A stretch of 64,000 nt of DNA, from assembly GCA_013239625.1 (NCBI GenBank), contig MU054204.1, forward strand, positions 520,879 through 584,878, in the 5' to 3' direction. Under the pieces are notes generated by a model. It saw only the letters and a program-made list of their open reading frames with translations, had not been told where the DNA came from and ran no database searches. Below are positions 25,111-37,590 of this stretch, piece by piece (position 1 is the stretch's first letter; each line of letters begins with the position of its first letter). The stretch is from Lama guanicoe. Its lineage: Eukaryota. Made by a program: the position numbers and the translations under genes.

Positions 25111-26564
25111 CAACTTGATTTTTGTATCATACTCTACAGCCTTCTAAAATGCTTCCATATTTCCCATGTCCTGTGTTCTTAAACTCTCACCCCAACCTGT
25201 ATGTGGTATTGATTTCATCCCCATTGTGTAGATGACAAAAGTAAGGCTAACGGGCACTTCACTACTAGTATCAGAGTAAAAATTCAAGCCCAATTCTCCT
25301 GAGTCCAAAGCCAATCCCTAATTCATGTCAGGAAAGTTAGTACAAGGTTTTCAAAGCAGCCCTCTTGAGCCCAGAAATGATCTAGTTTCCTCTAAACTCA
25401 GTAGGATAATGGGGGCCATCTGCCTTTATTTCGGGACTAATTACCTGCTTTAAAGCTAACCAAATCCACAGGCTTAACATGAGACACAGTTTTAAGGTGG
25501 TTGTCATGGTTGTTTTCTAAAAAACGCTGTTGGATGTTTATAATGATGATTCATCGTGTAAATAGTTTGGGACTTCCTGAGATCAAAATTCTCAAAAGGT
25601 TCTACAGTTCTTAAGAGATTAAAAACAACCAGTTTAGTGGTTTGGGCCCAGAATTGAGATTTAAGAGGCTGATTCTATTCCTAGCTGTGCCTTTGTGATT
25701 TTAGGTAAATCCTTTAACCTCTCACTTCTTATTTATCCACTGATAAATAAGCATAATTCCTACCATATAATATCTGGGAAGCATTTTAAAATTCTATGCT
25801 CAAAGGTATTTTAAAGCCTTACAAATTCTGTAAAGCACTTTGCACAGCTTCAAATTGACAGTGACATCAATACACGGTGGAATTAGTTCATTAAAAACAA
25901 GTAAAGTGTACGAAGACAGGGTTAAAGCATGGATTTCTGCCTGCCTGCTACTGTTTTTTATTAGGCACAGCTTGGGTCTGTGTTCCTCTTTCATCTCTGC
26001 CACTGTGTGGTGTTGCCACAGCAAGTTGGATCATCTTGCATGCCACCTCCTGCGGGGTCATATGTCACTACGACTGATATCCCTGGGTGGGGATTTTTCT
26101 GAGGGAGAACCCTAGTGAAGAAAGCTAATTCTCTAATTCATTTCTCCCCTTTGAAAGCTGGATTGTGTGGAAGGGAGAATGTTTTAGACTCTTTGAAATA
26201 ATACTTCCCTGTCCTATGCCTTAATGTCCCTGGCTATGAAATGGAGTTATTAAGATCTGCTCCCACCTGCAGGGGCAATGTGTGAGACTTACAGTGGGAG
26301 TTGCACTATGACATAGTGGGCTTCAGGGTCAGAGACATCTGGTTTGAAATCTCAGATCTCTCATTTCCTAGCTCTGTGACCTTGGACAAAACCCTTACTC
26401 ACCTCTCTGAGTCTCATTTTCCTCATTTAGCATATAAGACTAATAATTCCCACTTTGTATGGTTGCTCTAAGGATGAATGGTATATCAAATGTTTAGTTT
26501 TAGTGCCTGGTACCCAGTTGATTCTTTCTAAAAAATGGTAGCTGCTATTCTATAAAAGACACTG

Positions 26565-26872
26565 ATGATCTTATTTACAAAACAGAAGCAGACTCACAGA
26601 CATAGAAAACAAACTTATGATTACCAGAGGGGAAAGGGGGTGGGAAGGGATAAATTGGGAGTTTGAGATTTGCAGATACTAACTACTATATATAAAATAG
26701 ATACACAAGAAGGTCCTGCTGTATACCACTGGGAACTATATTCAGTATCTTGTAATGAAAAGCAGTATGAAAAAGAATATATGTATGTATATATATGGCT
26801 GAAACATGATGCTGTACACCAGAAATAATTGACACAACATTGTAAACTGACTATACTTCAGTTTAAGAAAAA
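26565..26872 (+). mobile_element. 5'-truncated L1 3' UTR next to a MIR relic (~26310-26550)
   Basis: Exact TSD aaaagacactg at 26554-26564 and 26873-26883. Confidence 0.92.
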
Positions 26873-27431
26873 AAAAGACACTGGTTTCATGTCAAGCAAG
26901 TACTAGACTTGCTCACTGTCTCTGCCCCCCTCCCCTTTCAAAAGTGGTGAGTGCTCCATGAAGAATAAGGAAAATGTGGAAACAAGGGCAGATATCATTG
27001 CTTCTTAACAATCAATCTTAACATTGGAGTCATGTCCCCCTTTTACTTACTGCTGTTTTCTTCTGGTTAAAGGGGCATGTCAAGAGGGAAACTTGCAATT
27101 CAATTCAACAAGTATTTTTGAGCACTTAGTAAGTGCATCTCTGACTTCTTTAATAATAGCTTCTCTCCTCTTGCCATAATTTATTGGTAGGTAACAGGTA
27201 TTTCATTCATATTAATTAACTATAGAATTCTAAGTTTTTAGTTAATAAAATTATTTCAATCCTTCCTGATATCTAAGCTACCACCATCTCTCAGGATTTT
27301 TTCCCAGAAAAGCAGCAATTTTAATTTGAAAGCAATTTTATGTGTGAATGAAAGAGGGGAGAAAGGAACCCCCAAAAGAGCTGCAGGGCAAAAATCATGC
27401 ACCTGTAGCACCCTATCTCTGCAGGCTGGCT

Positions 27432-27435
<4 letters not shown>

Positions 27436-27473
<38 letters not shown>

Positions 27474-27475
27474 GA

Positions 27476-27513
<38 letters not shown>

Positions 27514-27828
27514 TATGATATGACAGGTGACAGATGATAGACAGAGATGACATAGGTAGTGAGATAGATAATAGATAGGGATATGATATGATAGAGAAGA
27601 AAGATAGATAGATAATAGGTAGCAATAGATGATGATATGATAGATGATAAAGTATATATAGAGATAGATAATAGTTATGTAAATATGTAGATAGATGTGA
27701 TAGATGAAAGATAAAGATAGATGATAGGTAGATAGATAAATAGATAAATGGATAGATGATGGATGGATAGATAGATATAGATGACAGATGATGATAAATA
27801 GAGGTAGATAGATAGACAGACAGATATC
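27436..27828. repeat. Compound (GA)n-(GATA)n-(GACA)n repeat with long degenerate GATA tract
   Basis: Direct reading. Confidence 0.95.
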
Positions 27829-28932
27829 TAATCTCATACACAGTATTGGCACCAATTTAATTGGGGCTGGCCTCCAGCAAGAGTGTTAGTTACACTTGAG
27901 TGATCTTCTTTCAGTCATCAAGGATGATGATGAACTTCCTTCATTAAAGATGATGATGAACTTTCATGATCAAGGAATGAGAAGTTACAAAGTCTAGTGT
28001 TAACTTTATTCCAACTTTTGAAGAAGTTGCTGCAGAAACCTAAGTCCTGAAAGAGGCTTTTTTCACTTGGAGACTCTTCTAGGGAGATTTTTCAAGCAGA
28101 TTTGAGAGGTGCTAATTCAATGCCTACATAAGATTTTTCCCTTTAGTTGGAGGACTAGATAAATGCCATTAGATTTCAAAGCTCCGTTTCTTTTTTTTTC
28201 CATTTAGAAAGAAAATTATTTTGTGTTGCATTTACCCCATCCCTTTTGATAAGAGTTGTTCTGAAGCTGCTACCAAAGAATACAGGCGACTATATTTTCC
28301 TAGTATTGCCTTATAATTTAAAGTTCCAGCACAGCAAACATGGCTGACACAATCTCTGATGCTTGAATTTCTATCTATGAGAAGACAAGGGCACAAGGAT
28401 GTTTATGCACTGATATTACAACCACATTTGCTAATAGGAGACCTGCGCTCTGATATCAAGTTTGGATTCTTTGACAAGGTCTCCAAGATCCTAAGGCTCT
28501 CAAGGTTGATGCTATTATATATAACCAACTCTCCATCTCTAACAGAAATGAAGACATATTTAGGTATTTAATCCATGGTGCCAAGCAGCCTTGAGATTTT
28601 ATGGAAGAGGCTCATGGCGGAGCCCGTCTCTTGTCTTCTGGGAAATTCTTAGACTCAATAGTTTAAAAATAACATTTGAATTCCAAGGATAGTCGTTTAG
28701 CTACTGCTGTGGTTAAATGGTTGTGTTTGCTAAGCACACCTCAGAAGACAGGCAAATGATTATAAATGGCAGTACAGATGCAACACTGCACTTCTGGGAA
28801 GCATGAGGCAAATCCAGCTTATGTGTCATCTTTCAACAGGATCAAATTCTGTCCACAGATGCCACTCAGCGGAAAGCTACCATTTAAATCCCACCAATGG
28901 AACAAGGAGGACAGTATCAAAAAGGCAGGGCA

Positions 28933-29182
28933 AATCTCAAAATTTGCAAATATTAACCACTATATATAAAAATAGATAAAAACCAGATTTCTTCTGTGTA
29001 GCACAGAGAACTATATTCACTATCTGTAGTAACCTATAATGAAAAACTATAAAAACGAACATATGTATGTATGTGTATGACTGAAACATTATGCTGTACA
29101 CCAGAAATTGACACATTGTAACTGATTATACTTCAATAATTTTAAAAAGACCATAATCTGAGTACTAGGGATGCTCATAAAA
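28933..29182 (+). mobile_element. 5'-truncated L1 3' end with a short 3' transduction
   Basis: TSD aaaaaggcagggca at 28919-28932 and 29183-29196. Confidence 0.88.
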
Positions 29183-30768
29183 AAAAAGGCAGGGCAGCCA
29201 ACATCTGAGGTCCCATCACTCCTCAACTCCCCTGTCTTGGCACTGTGTGGATTATAAATGGAAGCTGGAAATTCAGCAACCAGTATGTGATGAGATGAGG
29301 AAATCAGAAGCCTAGAGCTTCTAAGATACAATGAAACAGAGCACGACTTGACCTTGGACTCCTAGCAAATGAGAGTGTATGCACAGGCCATTCTAGTCAG
29401 GAATTCTCAGAAGTAGAATATCTTTTAACATATTATTTTCCATTACAAATCTAAATCTTATTTGCAAAAATATGAAGAACACCAGGCATGAGTAGTGGCT
29501 AAGACTGGCCTCAAGGATAGGGTTTGTGTGTAGAACATGGAAGAGATTGACACCACAACTAATTATTTGCAGCCATGCATATAGACAACTAGTCATTCCT
29601 CTCACCTGTACCACCTTCCAGCATGAAGGGCAACTCTATGTGCCTTATTTTTAAGTCCATATCTCAGAAGGCTGATATACATATACATTTTCTATGATCT
29701 GGGGGTGGCCGGGAGGGGGGCGAGAAAAAGAAAAGAACACACTACACAAGCCTAGTCATCCTTTCTAGGCTAAAGTCAATCCTACGAACTGACTCTTGGT
29801 TGCCAGGGGGAGTTTTATGGAAAAAGTTAAAGTAGTGTAACTGGAGAAGTCAGGCATGAAAGCTTCCACTCACTGTAGGAGCTGTTGAATCACTCTATAC
29901 TCTAAGTGTGTCTGAACGAAGGTGGGCATCATACCAACAGCATAAATGGTAGCACAAGGGTGCTCTAATGGCCAGAATGCTCCATTATTGGTTTTTCTCT
30001 CTAAGCAGCCTGGTAACTGGTGCTTATACATGACACACTGCATTCTTTGCTCAGAGGCAGCAGAGGTTATCTGTTCTCTGGCCTAGGGCTTCTTTCTAAC
30101 TCTGGGGTAGAGAGAGGAAAAGCCAACAATTAAAGTACTGGTTGCCCTTCTCTCTCTTCTGTCTTCTAGCCTATTGGTATTGCACTCTGTCTTAGCTGTT
30201 TTAATCAAGCCTTCCCCCACAGCTGACATTTCCTTTATGGGATGGTTGTTGGTGGGGAATCTGAGTATTTCACCACCTACGGGCAGGCCTCTCCCAGGTT
30301 CCACTTGAGGAGGGGAAAGGTGGGAGGAGTGACGGAGGAGAGGAGGCTCCAAGTGGGGAATATCTCAGATGCTGTTATTTCCCTTGTCTACCTTCTGACC
30401 CCTCCCTGGGCTGCCATCCTAAGAGGGCACAGAGTTCCCGGGTTTTGGCATCACCATGTGGTTTAGCGCGTTTAGCTTGGATTTCTTGCCTGGCAGCAGC
30501 AGTGCAGTGGTGACCTCCAGAAAGAAGGAAGTTGATATTTTTTGTGAAAAACAAAGCTTGTGTGGGCAGGCTGCTTATGCTGTGAGATGACAACAGTGAC
30601 CTCCATCTTACCCTGCCCCTGCTCTAGGAAAAAGGGCCAAAGAACCATTACAGGTAAAGATACTACTCAATATCCTGACAATTCTTTTGTCAGGGTGGAT
30701 ACAGAGACACCTTCCCACCCCTCCCAACTTCATAGGTCCCTGTAGCCCCTCTGGGGCAGTGAGGACCA

Positions 30769-31035
30769 TTTTTTTTTTGTATTGACGTATGGTCAGTTAG
30801 AATGTGTCTGTTATAATGTGTCAATTTCTGATGTACAGCATAATGCTTCAGTCATACATGAATATACATATATTTCTTTTCATATTCTTTTTCATTAGAG
30901 GCTATTACAAGGTATTGAATATAGTTCCCTGTGCTATACAGAAGAAACTTGTTTATCTGTTTTATATATAGTACTTAGTATCTGCAAATCTCGAACTCCC
31001 AATTTATCCCTTCCCACCCCCTTCCCCCTCCAGCT
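30769..31035 (-). mobile_element. 5'-truncated L1 3' UTR
   Basis: Poly-T; TSD aggaccatt; ends at the cccttcccacccccttcccc tract. Confidence 0.9.
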
Positions 31036-32452
31036 CCATAAATACAAGATTGAAGGACCATTATTTGTAGCAAGTCCTGCAGGGGGAGTTCCACGTCAGG
31101 AGGCAGGATGGAGCCCTTAGCTTTTATGGAATGCAGCTTGGTTCACTGTTGGGCACCTTCCACAGTGACTCATAGTAGGCACCTGATCTTCTGAGTCACC
31201 ACTATTAAGGGATGCTGGTTATCTAATCTCATTATGAACCCTGGAGAGCTATGCAGACTTTACAGACCCTAAGAAGAACAGGAGAATCTATTTTGAAGCT
31301 CACCATCCCCTTCCGGCACCCCCTCTATGCATTATTGAGTCCATTTGTGGCTTGCTGTATACTTAGGCACATTCATATGAATTTTCCCCTGCTGATGTAT
31401 ACGTGCTTCTCTTCCTACCAGTGTGAGTTAGTGTTTTTGTGTAGGAGCCTTGCATTATATTTTTAAGTCAAGTCCTCTGAGGGGCATTCTCAGGAGAATT
31501 AATAGAGTAATTTGTTTAGAAAGCACTTCCCACCTCCAGATATCCCTAAGCAGACCAGGCTGATTACAAAAAGGACCAACTCAAATCACCACTCTTAGAG
31601 AAGTGCCCAGAAGATCAAATAGCCCAATATCAGGTCAGCCATTTGTGATCTAGGGAAAGATACTGGGGCTAAAGCAAACTGGAAGTACTGGTTATGGGAT
31701 GGCAAAAAAGAAGGCAAGAAAGGAAATTTGGTAAAAGATGAAAAAGAACAACAACGAAAAAGGACATAGCCCCTGCCAGATGCCTAATTTCTCTTTTAAT
31801 GTTTGGAAATACCACACAAATAGCTCTTGCATTTGAGTTGTCCAGGTGGCTGGAGATCTATTTATTTAGCATTTTACCAAGGGTCAAAGGATCTTTGCTG
31901 ATGTTTTTGCTTAAGGGTTCCAAATAAACTTTCCACCATGTTTATCTACGGGTGGACTAGAGTAGAGGTGTTTTATTCAGTACTCAAGTTATTTTTAGAT
32001 CACCTTTAAGTCACTCCTTTGGAAGAAAGCAGCATTTATGTCCAGAAGGATTTCCTAAAAGAATACAGAAGTGCTGGGTTACTGCCCCCTCATTCCTGAC
32101 TCTGAAAGAATTTCCCACTAGGAATCTGAGCAAGTCATTTGGACTCACTATTTGCCCTGATCTCAAAGGGTTATTGTGCAAATAACTGGAATTGGTCAAA
32201 TAGTGATACACACTAAGGCAAGGTATCAGAGATCTAGCCCTACCTTACACCAAGTTAAGTTCCAATGGCTGATAATGACAATTAGTCAGTGCTTCATAAT
32301 ATAAACTCATGGAATCTGTCTCCATATGAAGCACCTAAAACCAGTGAGTAGCCTGCTATGAGTTCCATTTTACTCAATTTTGATTCATGTTGTCATCTTA
32401 GTGAAGTAGGTGTGTCAAGCATTTGTTATATAGTAGCCTCAGGTCTCAATTT

Positions 32453-32455
32453 CTT

Positions 32456-32511
<56 letters not shown>

Positions 32512-32738
32512 ATTGAAATATAGTCGGCTACAATGCATCAATTTCTGGTGTACAGCATAATGTTTCAGTCATACATGTACATACATATATTTGTTTTCAT
32601 ATTATTTTTCACCACAAGTTTCTATTAGATATTGAATATAGTTCCCTGTGCTATACAGAAGAAACTTGTTTATCTAGTTTATATATAGTAATTAGTATCT
32701 ACAAATCTCGAACTCCCAATTTAGCCCTTCCCACCCCC
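32453..32738 (-). mobile_element. 5'-truncated L1 3' UTR with (TTTA)n tail
   Basis: TSD caggtctc(a/g)attt. Confidence 0.92.
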
Positions 32739-33105
32739 AGGTCTCGATTTATGTAAAAGTATATACTGCTTCTCTAGAAGCTAAAGAATTTTACATTTTT
32801 TGCCTATGCCTGAGCACATAATTTTCAAGGTAGAAACGTCACAGATTTATATAACATTGTATATATACTAGTCGTGCTTCTCTATTTTTTCTAAATGGAG
32901 AGCAGTATAATTTGAAAAGGAATTGTACTTTTATGAGATATTTCTCCCCTGCTTATATCAAGCATGGTAAACAAACTGTCACCAGATAATGTATTTTGTT
33001 GTGTTATACTCAGGTCCAGGAGTCCCATAGTAGTACATATGCATTAGAAATTATACATAAACAATAAGCTCACATTCTTCTATTCGGGCCAGTCAGCGTG
33101 CGTGC

Positions 33106-33137
<32 letters not shown>

Positions 33138-33360
33138 ACTTACCCTCACAGAAAAGCCTTCAGAGTCATGAAAGATAGCGGAAAATCATGGGGAATGTTT
33201 CTCCAAAGATGTTATATAATAGGCACATAACAATATGATACCAAAAGCCTGATCTGAAAAAGTAAAAATTGGTAGACCAGACTTCATCAAAGTGTAAAAC
33301 TTTTATTCTGTGAAAGACCCTGTTAGTAGGATGTAAAGGCAAACTACAGACTGGGAGGCA

Positions 33361-33495
33361 GGGGACGGTATAGCTCAGTGGTAGGTTGCGTGCCTAGCAT
33401 GTATGAAGTCCTGGGTTCAATCCCCAGCACCCTCATTAAAAGTAAATAAATAAATCTGACTACCTCCCCCCAAAAAGAAAACAAAATTTTTTTTA
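33361..33495 (+). mobile_element. tRNA-derived SINE (long form) nested in L1M
   Basis: TSD tacagactg(g/a)gag. Confidence 0.9.
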
Positions 33496-33992
33496 ATTAC
33501 AGACTGAGAGAAAATATTTTCAAATCATATATCCAACAAAGGATTTGTTTTTAGAATATATAAAGAACTCTAAAAGCAACGTTTAAAACCAAAAATTCCA
33601 GTTAGAAAATAGGCAAAAGACATATGCAGACATTTCATCCAAGAGAATATACAGATGGCAAATAAGTGCAAGAAAAGATGTTCAGTATCATTAGCCATTA
33701 GGGAAATGCAAATTAAGACCACAGCAAGATGTCACTACACACCTATAAAATAAAATAGTAGTGACACCACCAAATGCTAGAAAGGATGTAGAGGAACTAG
33801 ATCATTCATACATTGCTGGTGGGAATATAAAATGGTACAGGCATTTGGAAAAGTAGTTTGGCAGTTTTTTAAACTAAAAATAGATTTACCATACAGCCCA
33901 GCAATTGCACACTTGGGCATATATTCCAGAGAAATATTTCATGCAGAATCATGTACACATATGTTCATAACAGTTTTATTCATAATAACCAA

Positions 33993-34124
33993 GGGGGGAG
34001 GCTATAGCTCAAGTGGTAGAGCACATGCTTAGCATGCAGGAGGTCCTGGGTTCAATCCCCAGTACTTCCTCCAAATAGAAATAAATAAATAAACCTAATT
34101 ACCTCCCCCGCATAAAACAAAAAA
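33993..34124 (+). mobile_element. tRNA-derived SINE (long form) nested in L1M
   Basis: Exact TSD cataataaccaa at 33981-33992 and 34125-34136. Confidence 0.93.
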
Positions 34125-37100
34125 CATAATAACCAAATACTGGAAACTACCCAGATGTCTTTCATTTGATGAATGGCCAAACAAACTGTGGTACATGCAT
34201 ACCATAGAGTACTACTCAGCAATACAACTTTGATGAACCTCAAGGAAACTATCCTGCATGTAAAAAGCCAATCTTAAAAGGATGTATACTGAATGATTCC
34301 ATTGATGTAACAACTGTTAAATAATGAATTACAGAAATGGAGAACAGATTTGTGGACGCTGTGGGTTAAGGACAGGAGGGGCAGAGGAACTAGGTGCGGC
34401 TATAAAGGAGTAGCATGAGGGAGTATTGTGGTAATGGTATGGTTTTAATATCTTGGTTGGCGTGCTGTTTACTCAAAGCTACACATGTGATCAAATTGTA
34501 TAGAGGTACACACACACACATACAAAACGAGTTCATGTATAACTGGTGAAATCTGAATAAGCTCAATGATTTGTACCAAGGTCAATCTCCTGCCTTTGAT
34601 ATTGTATTACAGTTCTACAAGATATTAACATTGGGGGAGGATGGATGAAGGGTGTACAGGACTTCCCTGTACATTTCTTTGCACCTTCCTGTGAATCTGT
34701 AATTATTTCAAACTTTTTTAATATTTGAAAAAAAAGAGTAATATTTTGGGGATTCTGCATATTTTGTTTTATATGTAAGGCACAATTGATTTATTTTGCA
34801 TATTAAAATAATTCCTGTGTCTTAAAAATAATTTTGTCTTTTTGTGCCAAAATACAGCATATTTTTAAAAGTATAGCTTCTAATGTAAAAATATGTTAAT
34901 TCTCTGGTGTAGGGATGTGATGGTAGAAATACCTAACACAGCTGAACCCAGAGCTTTACAGCCCATTGCTAAACTTTAATTGACAAATTTAATAGGATTG
35001 TGTGCTTATAATTTTGCAATAATCAGTCCTCTGTTATGGTATGGCTATTAAAATACATTTATGATTGGCTTTAAGAATGGGTTTTATGCTTTTGCTTAAA
35101 TATGTTTATATAAGTCTGAGTGACTTCATATTCCATTCAGAAATTTATGGTATTACATCTTAGACTCATGCAAAGTACCCAACTAAGGCAGAATACCTTC
35201 TTGAGACTTGAAAAATGTGTATTTCACATATTTCTTAGCTCCTAGTTACTCTTGGTTGTTTATTATGTGGAGAAACGGCCTTGTGACATTTACCTTGAGG
35301 AAATTAAACATTTTGATTCAAGAAGCCTCTTTTGGGGCTGTAGGTTGCATTAGAAGTCAGAACTCAAGAAGAGAATAAAGAACATTATCAGTAAACTTTC
35401 TCAAGATGCTCTGTTGAATTGTGTCAATGATATCCTGAAAGCATTTGTGCCCAGGAGAATGGTGTCATTTTTATTTATTTATGTCAATTTACTAAAAGTT
35501 TATACCTAGATTAAAATCAAGATGAGATACTGACCTCACCTATTAAAATGGCTAAAGTAAAAAATACCAACAATAAAAAAGTTTATACCTAGATTAATAT
35601 ATATATCTACACACGTATTCTGAAAAAAAAATCTAAGTGGCAATAATACAAAGTGACCATGGTCTATAACACATTTTGACACTCTTAGAAATAGATGCTG
35701 TTGAGAAAATATAATGGTTTACTGCACTTTAAATCTGGAGAAGGAAAAGCACTAAGTGTACCTATTGAAGCAATGAGTTACAAAGATGATCGCCTACTTC
35801 CTCATTGCCTTTGTGTAATGTTGTAAGGATAAATCAGGCACTGTATAAAATAGTTGAAGTTTTGTGTAAAAATATATGCTTGAAACATTTTTCCATACAG
35901 TAGGAGCTTTTCTACACACCGAATTCTGCCTTCCTAAAAGTCCTTTCACTGACACCTTCTCCTCTAATTATTATTTCTTTTTTGGGGGTTATAGTCAGTT
36001 TACAATGTTGTGTCAATTATCATTTCTATCCACTCTCTCCAGAGCTACCTTCTTTCATTCAAATATCCATATACTTACCCTCATTTCAAGCCATCAATTA
36101 ACATGTCCTCCTAGAACATGCTCTTTGAAGGACATGTACATGTGGGACTCAATTTGGAAAGTGAGATAGACCAAAGGGCATCCCAAGGCACCTCTGACTC
36201 TTTGAATAAAGAGATTATATATATATATATATATATATATGTACTTTATACATTTTGGAGTCAAAAAGATTGTCTCCTTTCACACTTACTCAAGGTTTAT
36301 GAGGTTTTCAGTTCACATTTCCCTTGTTATTTTTCATTATGTAAGTTGCTACTCCTGGCTAAAAATAGTTCAGTGAATCATGAGCCTGGAAAAGAGTCTT
36401 ACCACGTCTCCAGGTGAGAAAGACCTGGAGAAATCAAAAAGCTCATCAGTTGGGAATACCACGGTGGAAGTTCTGCCCATCAGGAAAACCACAGGGATTG
36501 TAGGCAGACCGGGAGTCCGCTTATAGCTCATTTCTTGTAATAATCAGAGAGAGTTCATTGGCATGAGCAACCTCCATGTACTCTACACTCACTTCTCTAT
36601 AGTAAGAGTGGTCTTGGTTTTCCACTGGTCTCATGTTAGTAGAGGAAATTTTCAACTGCTCCTGCAGAATTGAGAGCTAAGAAGAATGAGCATCTCCTTT
36701 CTCTGCGTCAAGGATAAAAGGAAGAGAATGAACTTTAAAAAAAAAATAGTGAGAACAGCCATTTGGAGGGGATAGCTTAAGGATATAGTCATCCCATATA
36801 GCCATGGGCAAGGAGATGGCTTTGTTGACTATGAAGTCCACTTCGCCCATCCTAAGCTTTTGAAAGGGATATAGATTAACACGCAGATACATTTACCAGT
36901 TTTCATTGTATAGCTGTACATTTCGAATTCCCTTGAAAGCCCAAGGCACATGAATAGCAAAGTAGAAACAAGAAGGGGTTGGAATCTTTGCTTTAGGATA
37001 AGTCCATGGCACAAGCTCTCATGTGGATAAATGCAGACTTCTGGGTTCTGTCCAGTAAAATTGTAAAAGATCTAGTCAGTCGGTATGATAAAATCCTGCT

Positions 37101-37469
37101 TTTAGTTATTTATGGGGGAAAATGGCCTTGTGACATTTACCTTTATTTCATTTAACTAGCTTTAAGTTTGCAAGGTTAGACTTCTAAAAGCTGATGATTT
37201 CCTCTTAGATAATGGACCTGGAATTAGATATACTATCAGTAGAATAAAATGCCACCAGGTAAATGGCAGTGCCTTAGTTACAGAAGATTATAGCAGCTCT
37301 TGAAACTATGCTTCCTGTAGTGGTGGTTAATGGAATACAACAGGAGAGGATGTATTCAGCTCAGCTATCCTTTTTGTCCTTCAAAGATTGCCTCGCTGTT
37401 TTAACATAAACATTAAAGAGGATTAGATTTGAAATATCTATCTGCTAAGTTTAAAGAGATACAGAACTA

Positions 37470-37590
37470 CATTTAATATCTTTTAATAATCTATAATGAA
37501 AAAGAATATATATGTATAACTGAATCACTATGCTATACACCAAAAACTAACACAACATTGTAAATCAACTCTACTTCAATTAAAAAAAAT
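37470..37590 (+). mobile_element. Short L1 3' end
   Basis: ctataatgaaaaagaatatatatgtataactgaatcact...ctacttcaattaaaaaaaa. Confidence 0.85.

Larger units (their letters stand above)
33225..34735 (+). mobile_element. Old L1M (L1MC-like) ORF2 end and 3' UTR carrying two SINE insertions
   Basis: gggaaatgcaaattaagaccaca...cattgctggtgggaatataaaatgg...ttaccatacagcccagcaattgcac...gtgaatctgtaattatttcaaa. Confidence 0.88.

Noticed and set aside
27256..27855. 199-aa and 142-aa minus-strand ORFs
   Set aside because: Translations of the GATA/GA microsatellite.
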